Assembly (NCBI GenBank): GCA_965204745.1
Contig: OZ242010.1
Location: 864,001-928,000 of the forward strand
Length of the DNA stretch: 64,000 nucleotides
Direction of reading: 5' to 3'
Origin: Candidatus Latescibacterota bacterium
Lineage (GTDB): Bacteria > Latescibacterota > UBA2968
In this document: positions 30,686-39,771 of the stretch, one piece after another
Layout of the letters: the number at the start of each line of letters is the position of its first letter
Numbering within the stretch: position 1 is the stretch's first letter
The notes under the pieces: generated by a model
What the model saw: the letters and a program-made list of their open reading frames with translations, nothing else
Databases searched by the model: none
Told to the model about the DNA's origin: nothing
Program-made: the position numbers and the translations under genes

Positions 30686-32785
30686 TTACCACTTTGGGCG
30701 GCTGAGTGGAGACTGACCACCGACCACTATTCTCAGTTGCTTGATCGTCGTTTCCGCAGAGGAGGCTGGCGTATTGTCAATGTTCTCGATTCTTGCGGAG
30801 ACGCGCTGGCTTGTCGTGAGCGAGAACGAGGTGTCCATTTGCTTAAACGTTTCTGTTGGGTCAAAGATGCGTTGGATTAGGAGAATCCCGTCCGCGAAGA
30901 TAGAGACACGGATGCGGGCGCGGTTCTGTGATCTTTCTAGGGCTGCGGGTTTTTTGGCTTGCACGAAAAAAGTGTACGCGCCGGGTTTTAATGCGTAAGC
31001 AGGGGTGGTGATGGCGCCAGTGCGGAGCGTGGCGGTGTTGTTGGTGTTGATCTGCGTGCCCGTGGGCGAGGGCGTGCAGGTGTCTAGTGCGATGACCGCG
31101 GGATGCAAGGGGGTGTGTGGCATGGAATTGGCGATGATCAAGGTGGGGCTCATAGAGAAATAACCGAGTATGGTCGCGGCGACTTTTTGATAGATGTAAT
31201 ACAAGCCGAGATCCTGTTTGATGTAGGGATTTTTGACGTATTGGAGGATGTGCTCGTGGTGAATGTCGTCGATGATGGCTTGTTTGATGGCGATTTCTGC
31301 ATGGTAGTAATCGCCGGAATGTTGCGAGACTTTGGATGGCAGAACATAGATCGCGTCAGGCTCATTTTGCGTTGCGGCCATGATTTCGATGGGGTAGATG
31401 GCGTAGTCGTGTGTGAGGCGGTTGAGGTCTTGCGCGTGAACCCGCAGTTCTTTGGCGAAGATGACTTTTTTTGCGTTCTCTATCGCGTTGAGTGTGTCTA
31501 TGACCGCGGTTCTCGTGTCTCGGCTGGTGTGCAATACGAGGCCCGTTTGATAGACGTCATACGCACGGGGTAGGAAGACGAGGGCCGCGATGATGCAGGT
31601 TATAGCCCAATTTTTGATTTTGGACAGCACGCACTTCAGCGTTTCATGTAAAATCAAAAAAGCAATACCCACAAAGATGGCGATGAAAGGGTAGATTTGG
31701 ATGAAATTGCGGTGATAGCCGATGGTCATGTTGCTCATGAACAAGAGATAGGCCGCGGGGAATAAGACGACCAAAAGCAATGCGGGGCGGGCGTACATCC
31801 CGATGAGGCCGCACAGGAGGAAGATGGTGCCGATCAAGCCGATGTTGTGGTAAAATGCGCGCATCTGCAAGCCGAGATGATCCCAGCCTGGCGCGACCAA
31901 CTGCCGGTTTTGGTATATATGTATGACAAACAAAATGTCTTTGATGAAGTTGGGGAAGTCGAGGATTGCGTAGGGCATCGCGCCCAGAAAGGTGAGCGCG
32001 GGGAGGGTTGGGATCGCCAGCCAATAGAATTTTTGGCATGCGAATTCGCGTTTGTAGGACAGATAGACTAGGGCGGCGACAGGGAGCAAAATAGCCAAGG
32101 CCGAATTGTATTTTGTGGCTGAGGCAAGGCCGACGCAGATCAGACTCAAAATGAAATGGACGCGCTTTTTGCGCTGGATGAACAAAATGGAAAACAGGGC
32201 GGTCAGGGCGACGAACAAGGCGACCGGCACGTCCACCGTGACCAAGCCCGAATGCGCGATATGCACCGGGATAACCGCGAGGAAAATGGCCGACACAATG
32301 CCGCTCCATGCATTGCCTATCGCCTTGCCGATCAGGTAGGTGACAAAGACCGTTGCCGTGCCCATTGCAGCGGTTAAAAAGCGATTCCAAAAGTAAAAAC
32401 TCGGATGGGAAGCCACCCAATGCCCAGCCGTGCCGATGTGGCCGATGTGGATGTCTTCCACGCCTTGCAACGCGCCGGTGTGAGAGAGATGGACGGCGTG
32501 GAGTTTATCCACGATCAGGTTCAAGTAGAACATCAGCGAGCCGTACCTGAAAAAGTGCGGGTTGTAATCCCCGGTTTTCAACATTTTCAGTATTGTGCCA
32601 GCCACGTACGGTTCGTCCCAAAAATACAAATAGGGCAAGCCGATGTTTAATCGCAGATAGCGCAGGCCAAAGGCGAGGGCGATGACCAGCGCGATGCCTA
32701 CAGTGGGCACATAGACGCGAGAGTATTCCCGCATGAATGCGAGAATTTTAGGCGACTGTTTAGGGGGTATGGTTAGGTTTGACAT
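30686..32785 (-). CDS. GT-C fold glycosyltransferase (PMT/ArnT-like)
   Basis: WDE acidic loop after first TM, NPHFFRYG, GLASATKYN, many TM helices. Confidence 0.85.
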   Translation of the reverse strand: MSNLTIPPKQSPKILAFMREYSRVYVPTVGIALVIALAFGLRYLRLNIGLPYLYFWDEPYVAGTILKMLKTGDYNPHFFRYGSLMFYLNLIVDKLHAVHLSHTGALQGVEDIHIGHIGTAGHWVASHPSFYFWNRFLTAAMGTATVFVTYLIGKAIGNAWSGIVSAIFLAVIPVHIAHSGLVTVDVPVALFVALTALFSILFIQRKKRVHFILSLICVGLASATKYNSALAILLPVAALVYLSYKREFACQKFYWLAIPTLPALTFLGAMPYAILDFPNFIKDILFVIHIYQNRQLVAPGWDHLGLQMRAFYHNIGLIGTIFLLCGLIGMYARPALLLVVLFPAAYLLFMSNMTIGYHRNFIQIYPFIAIFVGIAFLILHETLKCVLSKIKNWAITCIIAALVFLPRAYDVYQTGLVLHTSRDTRTAVIDTLNAIENAKKVIFAKELRVHAQDLNRLTHDYAIYPIEIMAATQNEPDAIYVLPSKVSQHSGDYYHAEIAIKQAIIDDIHHEHILQYVKNPYIKQDLGLYYIYQKVAATILGYFSMSPTLIIANSMPHTPLHPAVIALDTCTPSPTGTQINTNNTATLRTGAITTPAYALKPGAYTFFVQAKKPAALERSQNRARIRVSIFADGILLIQRIFDPTETFKQMDTSFSLTTSQRVSARIENIDNTPASSAETTIKQLRIVVGGQSPLSRPKW

Positions 32786-32802
32786 ACACGATAAAGTAAC
32801 AA

Positions 32803-32872
32803 TACCAATTTGATTTTAAGTTGTCCTTATCCTGCCACCCACCTGGGAAGGATGAGGAACAGACTTTTCGTA
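32803..32872 (+). repeat. MITE family B terminal arm
   Basis: TACCAATTTGATTTTAAGTTGTCC...GAGGAACAGA, matches 51104-51165. Confidence 0.65.
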
Positions 32873-32968
32873 GATCCGAATAAAATTATTGATGTCCTAA
32901 ATTATCGGTTTTCAAAATAAAAGCAATGGCAATGCCGAAGCGATGTTGGCGTTGCCCGCGGTTGGGCG

Positions 32969-33097
32969 GACTGACAACTGACTACTGACCACTGTATTCT
33001 GCCAACGGCTGTTCCCCGCAGGGATTTGTTGGGCGGACTGACCACTGACCACTGACCACTGACTACTGAATCACTGACCACTGACTACTGAATCACT
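32969..33097. repeat. Degenerate heptamer repeats (ACTGACC/ACTGACT)
   Basis: Directly visible. Confidence 0.8.
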
Positions 33098-33164
33098 GTT
33101 GGCATTGCACAGATCGAGAAATTTTGATATTCTGCATATTGTGCTCTGTTGAGAGGAATCCCCA

Positions 33165-35876
33165 ATGCGTTCTATCATCTTTTCCATCTGCTTTTTGCCC
33201 CTGCAAGCGCTGGCGAGTTCGCCGCCGTATCACAAAATCGCCGATGTGTCACTCGCGGGGACCCTCGCCCTACAGCACTATCGCCTCGCCAATGGCCTCC
33301 AGGTTGCGATAATCGAAGACGATACGCGCCCGGTCGTAACGTGCCACCTCGCCTATCGCGTGGGATCGGCGCACGAATTGCCCGGGCAGCAGGGCATGGC
33401 GCATCTCGTCGAGCACCTCGCGATGGACCGCACATATCTCGAATCCCTCGGCCTGTTGGGCGCGCCTCACGCCAATGCCAGCACCTCGCGCGATGGCACG
33501 AAGTACTACGCCACTGTGCCCAAAGCGCGGTTGGACACGCTCATCGCCTATTTTGCACGCGACATGACGCAATTCAATATTTCGCAAAAAGAATACGACC
33601 TCGAAAAAGAGGTCGTTTTGAGCGAATGGGCGCGCAGTGCCAAAAGTGCGCGCAGGTGGCTCTACAAAAAACTCTACGCACGCATGTTCGCGGGGCATCC
33701 CTACCAGTACGATATTTTGGGGCATCCCGATACCATTCGGGCTTTCACGTTGGAACGGGCTATCGCATTTCACGAGCGGTACTACGCGCCGAACAACGCC
33801 TGCCTCGCCATTGTCGGCGACGTGAAAGCCGCGGAGATTTTGCCCGTTGTGCTGCAACATTTTGCGGGCATCCCAAAGCGCGTGGGCCGCATTCACGCCG
33901 AAGTCGATACGTCCCAAGCCGCATCCATACCGCAGGATTCCATCGGCACCACGAGCGGGCTGCATTCCAGAGTTTGGGGCGTTTGGAAAATTCCCATCGA
34001 CAGGCATTCCGACTCCCGCGCCTTGTACTTGTTTGACCAAGTCCTCTTCGAGGGCGAATATTCCCCTGCGGATCAAAAATTGGTCGGATCCGGAAAAGCC
34101 CTTTGGATCCGTTCCCATTTTTTGAGCCTGCGCGACAGAGCACTGTATTACTACATCGCCGAACTGCCTTCGGGCGCGCCTTATGAACCCGTGCGCGACG
34201 CCATGCAACAGACCATTCAAACCACAATCGACTCGCTATCAGAAGAAAATTTACTGCTGGCGCGAAACGAAGCGCGGCGAATCCTGTACCGCATGATGAT
34301 CAGCCAAACCCGGCTGGCAACCAACATTTCCAACGCCTTCATTCGCACCGATGACCCGGCCTACGGTCTCAAATGGATGCAGGGTTTCGACGGCATCACC
34401 GTAGCCGATGTTCGGCGCGTGGCAACGCGATATCTGTCGGGGCAACCGCCGCGCACCTTTGTCCTGACCGCGGTCACAGAACCGCCCTCTCGGCGCGCGT
34501 GGCTCTACGCGGGCATCGTTTGGATCATCATCGGCATCGTGGGATGCTGGTACTTGCGGCGGCACGTCCTCGCCGTCGGCGCGATGCTGATCGCCTGCAA
34601 CGCAGCAACCGCGGAAATCCCCAACCACAAAATGTACTATGTGCAAGACCTGCGCGTGCCGCAAACCGGGATTTCAATGGTGTATTTCACAGGAGGCCAC
34701 CGCCGAGAAACGCGGGACACCTGCGGCTTGACCTTTGCGTTTTACCGCCTGTATCCCCTCGCACTCCACGGGGACGACCTCAAAGAAATGGACCGGCTCG
34801 GCGCGGAGTTTTGGATCGACATTTCCGACCGCGCGGTCACTGTCGGCATCGCCACATTTAGCGAAAACTTGGATGCGGCCCTGCGACGCCTCAAAAAGAT
34901 GCTGGACAACCTCACCTTCTCAGAGGCACTGCTCGACCGGGAACGGGCGCGCATCATAGACGATTTTGAGGATCATATCGACGACCGCGAAACGACGGAG
35001 ACCTTTCGGTATCACCTGTACGAAGCCGAGGAAGACCGGCGGCGGGGCACGCGCACTGCGCTCGAAAATTTGACCGCAGAACACTTGCAGCGATTTTGGG
35101 ATCAAACCCTGCGCGCAAAGGTGCTGTATTTTAAGGTGACATCCGATCTCGGCGCAGCGGATATCGAACGCCACTTGCAGGTGATCGCGCATGGCCGCCC
35201 TCGAGATGGCTTTGCCCCGCATCCGCGCCCCAAACGCAAAACCATTGCGGGGTTGCGCGCCTTACTTTCTCCGTCTTCCCATGCGGCGGATTTTTGTCAC
35301 TGGATAACCAATGGCTTGCCACGCACAGATGCGGATTGGTTTGCACAAACCCTGTTGGTCGACGCGCTGAATCGCCTGTTGTTCACCCGGCTTCGAGAGC
35401 AAAACGGCTGGTGCTATTCGACCGGCGTGCGGATCGACACCTGGCCATCCCCACCCGTGTTGCGCTTTTGGGCCAACCCGCAAGGTGTGCATACCGCCAA
35501 ACTCATTCCCGAGATGTTTCGGCTGATCCACCACTGCTTGACCGAACCCGATTTCTGGCAACAAGTGGCGAAAAGCCGCGAAAGGCTCAAGCGCGCCTAC
35601 CATCTGCAACTCGGCCCGTTCGCGCGCCTCAATCAACAGGTGCGCTACGACCGCGATGGCGTGCCCATGCGTTCGCTCGCGGAGTTTGAATCCGCCATCG
35701 ATCAAGTGACGAAAGAAGACATCCGCCGCGTCTTCGGGCACTTCACAAACGACCGCGGCAAATTGCCGTTGCTAATGCTCTTTTACGGCAATTCCGACCG
35801 CATTCAAGACGCTTTGGAACATGAGGACATCCAACTGAAACCAACGATTTTCGGCCTCCAAACCCTGATAAAATGA
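33165..35876 (+). CDS. M16 (insulinase/pitrilysin) family zinc peptidase, two fused halves with internal hydrophobic segment
   Basis: Signal peptide; LANGL, VGSAHE, AHLVEH (HxxEH), NASTS, HPY...ILG, YYAPNNA; second half RLF..LREQNGWCYS. Confidence 0.88.
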   Translation: MRSIIFSICFLPLQALASSPPYHKIADVSLAGTLALQHYRLANGLQVAIIEDDTRPVVTCHLAYRVGSAHELPGQQGMAHLVEHLAMDRTYLESLGLLGAPHANASTSRDGTKYYATVPKARLDTLIAYFARDMTQFNISQKEYDLEKEVVLSEWARSAKSARRWLYKKLYARMFAGHPYQYDILGHPDTIRAFTLERAIAFHERYYAPNNACLAIVGDVKAAEILPVVLQHFAGIPKRVGRIHAEVDTSQAASIPQDSIGTTSGLHSRVWGVWKIPIDRHSDSRALYLFDQVLFEGEYSPADQKLVGSGKALWIRSHFLSLRDRALYYYIAELPSGAPYEPVRDAMQQTIQTTIDSLSEENLLLARNEARRILYRMMISQTRLATNISNAFIRTDDPAYGLKWMQGFDGITVADVRRVATRYLSGQPPRTFVLTAVTEPPSRRAWLYAGIVWIIIGIVGCWYLRRHVLAVGAMLIACNAATAEIPNHKMYYVQDLRVPQTGISMVYFTGGHRRETRDTCGLTFAFYRLYPLALHGDDLKEMDRLGAEFWIDISDRAVTVGIATFSENLDAALRRLKKMLDNLTFSEALLDRERARIIDDFEDHIDDRETTETFRYHLYEAEEDRRRGTRTALENLTAEHLQRFWDQTLRAKVLYFKVTSDLGAADIERHLQVIAHGRPRDGFAPHPRPKRKTIAGLRALLSPSSHAADFCHWITNGLPRTDADWFAQTLLVDALNRLLFTRLREQNGWCYSTGVRIDTWPSPPVLRFWANPQGVHTAKLIPEMFRLIHHCLTEPDFWQQVAKSRERLKRAYHLQLGPFARLNQQVRYDRDGVPMRSLAEFESAIDQVTKEDIRRVFGHFTNDRGKLPLLMLFYGNSDRIQDALEHEDIQLKPTIFGLQTLIK

Positions 35877-35939
35877 GTGATGCCGTGCAACCGGAGAACG
35901 ACGAGCCCTCGTCTATAGAAAAAAATCTTCGTTTATCCC

Positions 35940-35968
35940 TTGACGTTTCACTTGAACTTGGGTATGTT
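35940..35968 (+). promoter_or_regulatory. Sigma70-like promoter for hairpin RNA A
   Basis: TTGACG-N17-TATGTT. Confidence 0.6.
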
Positions 35969-35974
35969 TTCCAA

Positions 35975-36056
35975 ACAGCGGGTTGCCTCGCGTCTCTGTT
36001 TATTTTTCCCTCCCGATAAATAGGGCGCCTCGATGGGTGGCAACCCGCTTTTTTTT
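35975..36056 (+). ncRNA. Putative small hairpin RNA A (~80 nt) with UUUCCCUCCC loop
   Basis: AGCGGGTTGCC/GGCAACCCGCT outer stem, inner stem with G-U pairs on + strand, T8 tail, own promoter; may double as terminator for the M16 gene. Confidence 0.55.
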
Positions 36057-36057
36057 G

Positions 36058-36086
36058 TTGACATGCCCATTTTTGCGTCTTATTTT
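36058..36086 (+). promoter_or_regulatory. Sigma70-like promoter for hairpin RNA B
   Basis: TTGACA-N17-TATTTT. Confidence 0.65.
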
Positions 36087-36092
36087 CACCGC

Positions 36093-36145
36093 GCAATACC
36101 CAAGCCTTCAAGGGGATCGGGAGGGACCCCTTGAAGGCTTTTTTT
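36093..36145 (+). ncRNA. Putative small hairpin RNA B (~50 nt) with AUCGGGAGGGA loop
   Basis: Perfect 14-bp stem AAGCCTTCAAGGGG/CCCCTTGAAGGCTT, T7 tail, own promoter, no ORF. Confidence 0.55.
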
Positions 36146-36256
36146 CAGCGCGTATCTCCACGCGATTGTCACTTGACGGAAACGCGGGCGTAACATCGCT
36201 TGGGTATTTTCGCCTGCAAATAGCGAGCGTTCATCACCAAAGAGAAAGGAGGCGAT

Positions 36257-36421
36257 ATGCGTACCGAATGCGTTGATCCGCGTTACGAATTGAATCCCAA
36301 TCAAACGCATTGGATTTACAGCGCGGATGATGTGCGGTCTTTGCTCGAATTTATCGAGCGCGGAGAAAACGACGAAGCCAAGCGCGTTTTGCAAGACCAC
36401 AAGCGGTGTCAGTCAGTTTGA
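36257..36421 (+). CDS. Small hypothetical protein, 54 aa (below ORF-track cutoff)
   Basis: AAAGGAGG RBS then MRTECVDPRYELNPNQTHWIYSADDVRSLLEFIERGENDEAKRVLQDHKRCQSV*; terminator at 36534-36559. Confidence 0.65.
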   Translation: MRTECVDPRYELNPNQTHWIYSADDVRSLLEFIERGENDEAKRVLQDHKRCQSV

Positions 36422-36533
36422 CCTGTGGCGGCGGAGAAAACGACGAAGCCAAGCGCGTTTTGCAAGAGCGAAGATTTCCGCTCGGCTGGCAGTCCAATAA
36501 GTGAGGATATGGGCAGGAAGGGCAATGCAGATC

Positions 36534-36559
36534 AACTCCCCAGCACGGGAGTTTTTTTT
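36534..36559 (+). terminator. Intrinsic terminator after small ORF
   Basis: AACTCCC-CAGCAC-GGGAGTT followed by T-run. Confidence 0.75.
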
Positions 36560-36563
36560 GTAC

Positions 36564-36660
36564 AAAAAAAGAGGCATTGGTCGGGAGGGAATAACCAACG
36601 CCTCAGAGGGATACAAAAAAAACGGCGCTGACTTAGCCGGGGTATAGAAGTCAACGCCGA
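36564..36660 (-). ncRNA. Two tandem minus-strand hairpin/poly-U units (D with UAUUCCCUCCCG loop; E with CUAUACCCCGGCU loop)
   Basis: Stems 36571-36604 and 36623-36659 each have an A/C mismatch on + that is a G-U pair on -, and each is followed by U7-8 on -; no minus-strand gene upstream. Confidence 0.5.
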
Positions 36661-36831
36661 TATTGCGACTCGCTTTGTCGCATGGTCTTTTACGTCTTAT
36701 ATGCGGGGAAAGTTCCCTCGAGATGCGATTTTTTTTGCACGCAGACCTTTTGTGACTGCGCGCTTTCTTTGTTTTTCGTTCTGATATATATTGTCGCGCT
36801 TTTTGTCGTGTATTCTGCAGGAGGAGGAGCT

Positions 36832-38334
36832 ATGGCGCGTGGGCGAAAATTGGAACGCTGGGGCCTGTGGCTCGGCCCGGTGATCGGGCTGGGAGTCGCG
36901 GTTTTTGGCGACCTCGAGCCGGGCAAACCCGAAGTGACCCTGACCGCGGGGGCGGCTTGTTGGATGGCGATCTGGTGGATGACAGAGGCCGTGCCCCTCG
37001 CGGCCACCGCGCTACTGCCCGTGGTGCTCTTTCCCCTGCTGGGCATTATGAATGGGAGAGAGGTCGCGCCGCTGTATTTTAACCACATCATTTTTTTATT
37101 TGTCGGCGGCTTTATGGTCGCCTTGGCGATGCAGCGTTGGAATTTGCACCGGCGAATTGCCCTGCGTCTGCTGCTCGTTTTTGGTGGGTGTCCGCGCTGC
37201 ATCCTGACGGGATTCATGCTGGCAACCGCGTTCTTGTCCATGTGGATTTCCAACACGGCTACAACGATGATGATGGTACCGATAGCCATGGCCATCGTGG
37301 CCAAGATGGAGGAACAGCACGCGGCCTTTGGCCCGGCTGTGTTTTTGGGCGTGGCTTATGCGGCTTCCATCGGGGGGTTTGCAACGCTCGTGGGCACCCC
37401 GCCCAACTTGTCGTTTGCGCGGATTTTAGCCATCCATTTTCCCCGAGCACCCGAGATTTCGTTTGCGACTTGGTTTGCGTTCGCGTTGCCCTTGTCGTGC
37501 GCGATGCTCCTGTGCGCGTGGGGCGTGCTGTGTGTCGCGTTTGGCATCCGCGGGCGCGGCGAGGACATCGACTTGACCGCGGTGGAAATGCAATACGCCG
37601 AGTTGGGGCGAATGTCGTTTGCCGAGAAAATCGTGCTGACCGATTTCGCGTTGCTGGCATTTTTTTGGTTGTCCCGCCGCCCGGTTCAAATTGGCGATTG
37701 GACCCTGCCGGGCTGGTCTCAGCTTTTTGAATCCGCCGAGTTGATGACCGATGGCTCGGTCGCCATGGCGATGGCCTTGGTCTTGTTCGTCATTCCCGCC
37801 CGAGATGGCACGGGCACGCGCGTGATGAACTGGCAAACAGCGGGCAACTTGCCGTGGCACATCGTGTTGCTGATCGGCGGCGGATTCGCGCTGGCGAGTG
37901 GGTTCATCTCGTCCGGCTTGTCGCTTTGGTGCGCGCAACAGTTGAAAATTTTGGGCAGTGTGCATCCCCTGTTCTTGGTCGGCAGCCTGTGCGTGATGAT
38001 GACCTTTTTGACCGAACTGACCTCGAACACCGCGACTGCGGAAATGTTTCTCCCGGTCTTGGCATCGTTGGCCGTTGCGGTGAATGCCAATCCCCTGTTG
38101 CTGATGATCCCGGCGACCTTGTCGTGTTCCTGCGCGTTCATGCTACCCGTGGCGACCCCGCCCAATGCGATTGTGTTCGGCACAGACCGCGTATCCATGC
38201 GCGACATGGCCCGCACAGGCGTGGTGCTCAACTTGGTCGGAACCGTGCTGATCACCCTCGCTATAGCAACCCTGGGCCGCCTCGTGCTGGACATCGACCT
38301 CGGCATAATCCCCGACTGGGCGCAGATTCACTGA
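36832..38334 (+). CDS. SLC13/DASS family Na+:dicarboxylate/sulfate symporter
   Basis: WWMTEAVPL, LSMWISNTAT, GTPPN, ELTSNTATA, LPVATPPNA; GGAGGAGG RBS. Confidence 0.93.
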   Translation: MARGRKLERWGLWLGPVIGLGVAVFGDLEPGKPEVTLTAGAACWMAIWWMTEAVPLAATALLPVVLFPLLGIMNGREVAPLYFNHIIFLFVGGFMVALAMQRWNLHRRIALRLLLVFGGCPRCILTGFMLATAFLSMWISNTATTMMMVPIAMAIVAKMEEQHAAFGPAVFLGVAYAASIGGFATLVGTPPNLSFARILAIHFPRAPEISFATWFAFALPLSCAMLLCAWGVLCVAFGIRGRGEDIDLTAVEMQYAELGRMSFAEKIVLTDFALLAFFWLSRRPVQIGDWTLPGWSQLFESAELMTDGSVAMAMALVLFVIPARDGTGTRVMNWQTAGNLPWHIVLLIGGGFALASGFISSGLSLWCAQQLKILGSVHPLFLVGSLCVMMTFLTELTSNTATAEMFLPVLASLAVAVNANPLLLMIPATLSCSCAFMLPVATPPNAIVFGTDRVSMRDMARTGVVLNLVGTVLITLAIATLGRLVLDIDLGIIPDWAQIH

Positions 38335-38438
38335 AAAAGCAACCGCTGATGAACAGATGTCAGCATGTGCTGAAGCGATTTTATTCAGTAGCGAAAACCA
38401 CTGGATTACTTGCGTTATGACGAGGATTGGGGGCGGGG

Positions 38439-38581
38439 ACTGACCACTGACTACTGACTACTGACTACTGACTACTGACTACTGACTACTGACTACTGAC
38501 TACTGACTACTGACTACTGACTACTGACTACTGACTACTGACTACTGACTACTGACTACTGACTACTGACTACTGACTACT
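38439..38581. repeat. Heptamer microsatellite (ACTGACT) x~20
   Basis: Directly visible; ends 3 nt before ATG 38585. Confidence 0.97.
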
Positions 38582-38584
38582 ACC

Positions 38585-39673
38585 ATGCCATTTCTCGAAC
38601 TACAAAATCTCCAAAAAACCTATCCGGACGGCACGCGAGCGGTTCGGGGGATCGATCTGGCGGTGGATGAAGGGGAATTTATCGTTCTGCTCGGGCCTTC
38701 GGGATGCGGGAAAACGACGACCCTTCGCATGATCGCCGGGCTGGAAAATCCGACGGATGGGCAGATTGTACTCGCCAATCAAAATGTCACGCACTTGCCG
38801 CCATCCCAACGCGACATGGGATTTGTGTTTCAATTTTACGCGCTCTACCCGCACATGAGCGTGCAGAAAAACATCGCGTTTCCGCTGGAGAACATCGGCA
38901 TGGCGGCTTCGGACATCAACGCGACAGTTGATCGCGTTGCGCGGGCGTTGGGGATTGAGGGGTTGCTCGGGCAGTATCCCAGGCAACTTTCGGGTGGGGA
39001 TCAACAGCGCGTTTCCCTTGCGCGGGCGATGGTACGCACGCCGGATGTGTATTTGATGGATGAACCGCTGGGCACGCTGGACGCGGAGCATCGGTTGGAA
39101 TTGCGTGAATTTATACGCCGGCAGCAGTTGGCCCTTTCCACAACCGCGATTTACGTCACGCACGACCAAGAAGAGGCGATGAGCTTGGCGGATCGCATGG
39201 TGGTCATGGAAGGCGGGAAGATCAGGCAGACGGGTTCGCCCTCGGAAATCTACACGCAGCCCGCGGATCTGTTTGTCGCAAATTTTGTCGGTAGCCCGGG
39301 CATGAATCTCATCCGCGGACGGATCGTGCGGGATGGGGATGGATTGGCTTTTACGCGGCAGGGGGCAAACATTCATCTCCCCATCCGCAGGCGCGTCTTT
39401 CCCGGCCGGGCGATTCTGGGCATTCGTCCGGAATTTATCCGCCCCGCTGATCGGGGGGTGCCGGGCAAGGTCGTGCTGGAGGAATACATGGGGAGTCACG
39501 CTTATGTGCACGTGGATACGCCGCTGGGCGAGTTGGTGATGCACGCGCCCGGCCGTTTTGCCATAAGCGAAACCATCCGCCTGCGCTTGGATGATGACCG
39601 CATTTGTTTGTTCGATCCAGAGACGGGCGTTGGGTTGGGGGGATCCACTAAGGACGCGAAAAAGTTGTTTTGA
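38585..39673 (+). CDS. Carbohydrate ABC transporter ATP-binding protein (MalK/UgpC-like)
   Basis: GPSGCGKT, LSGGDQQ, LMDEP, YVTHDQ, C-terminal TOBE/OB region. Confidence 0.92.
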   Translation: MPFLELQNLQKTYPDGTRAVRGIDLAVDEGEFIVLLGPSGCGKTTTLRMIAGLENPTDGQIVLANQNVTHLPPSQRDMGFVFQFYALYPHMSVQKNIAFPLENIGMAASDINATVDRVARALGIEGLLGQYPRQLSGGDQQRVSLARAMVRTPDVYLMDEPLGTLDAEHRLELREFIRRQQLALSTTAIYVTHDQEEAMSLADRMVVMEGGKIRQTGSPSEIYTQPADLFVANFVGSPGMNLIRGRIVRDGDGLAFTRQGANIHLPIRRRVFPGRAILGIRPEFIRPADRGVPGKVVLEEYMGSHAYVHVDTPLGELVMHAPGRFAISETIRLRLDDDRICLFDPETGVGLGGSTKDAKKLF

Positions 39674-39771
39674 TTTTTTTGGACCTACCCCGTTGTGCGT
39701 TGCGCTTCGTTTGTGCGTACGAGGGATGGAGGCTCCCGGTTGCGCGGAGGAGCTTAGGAAGGTGAGATTGT

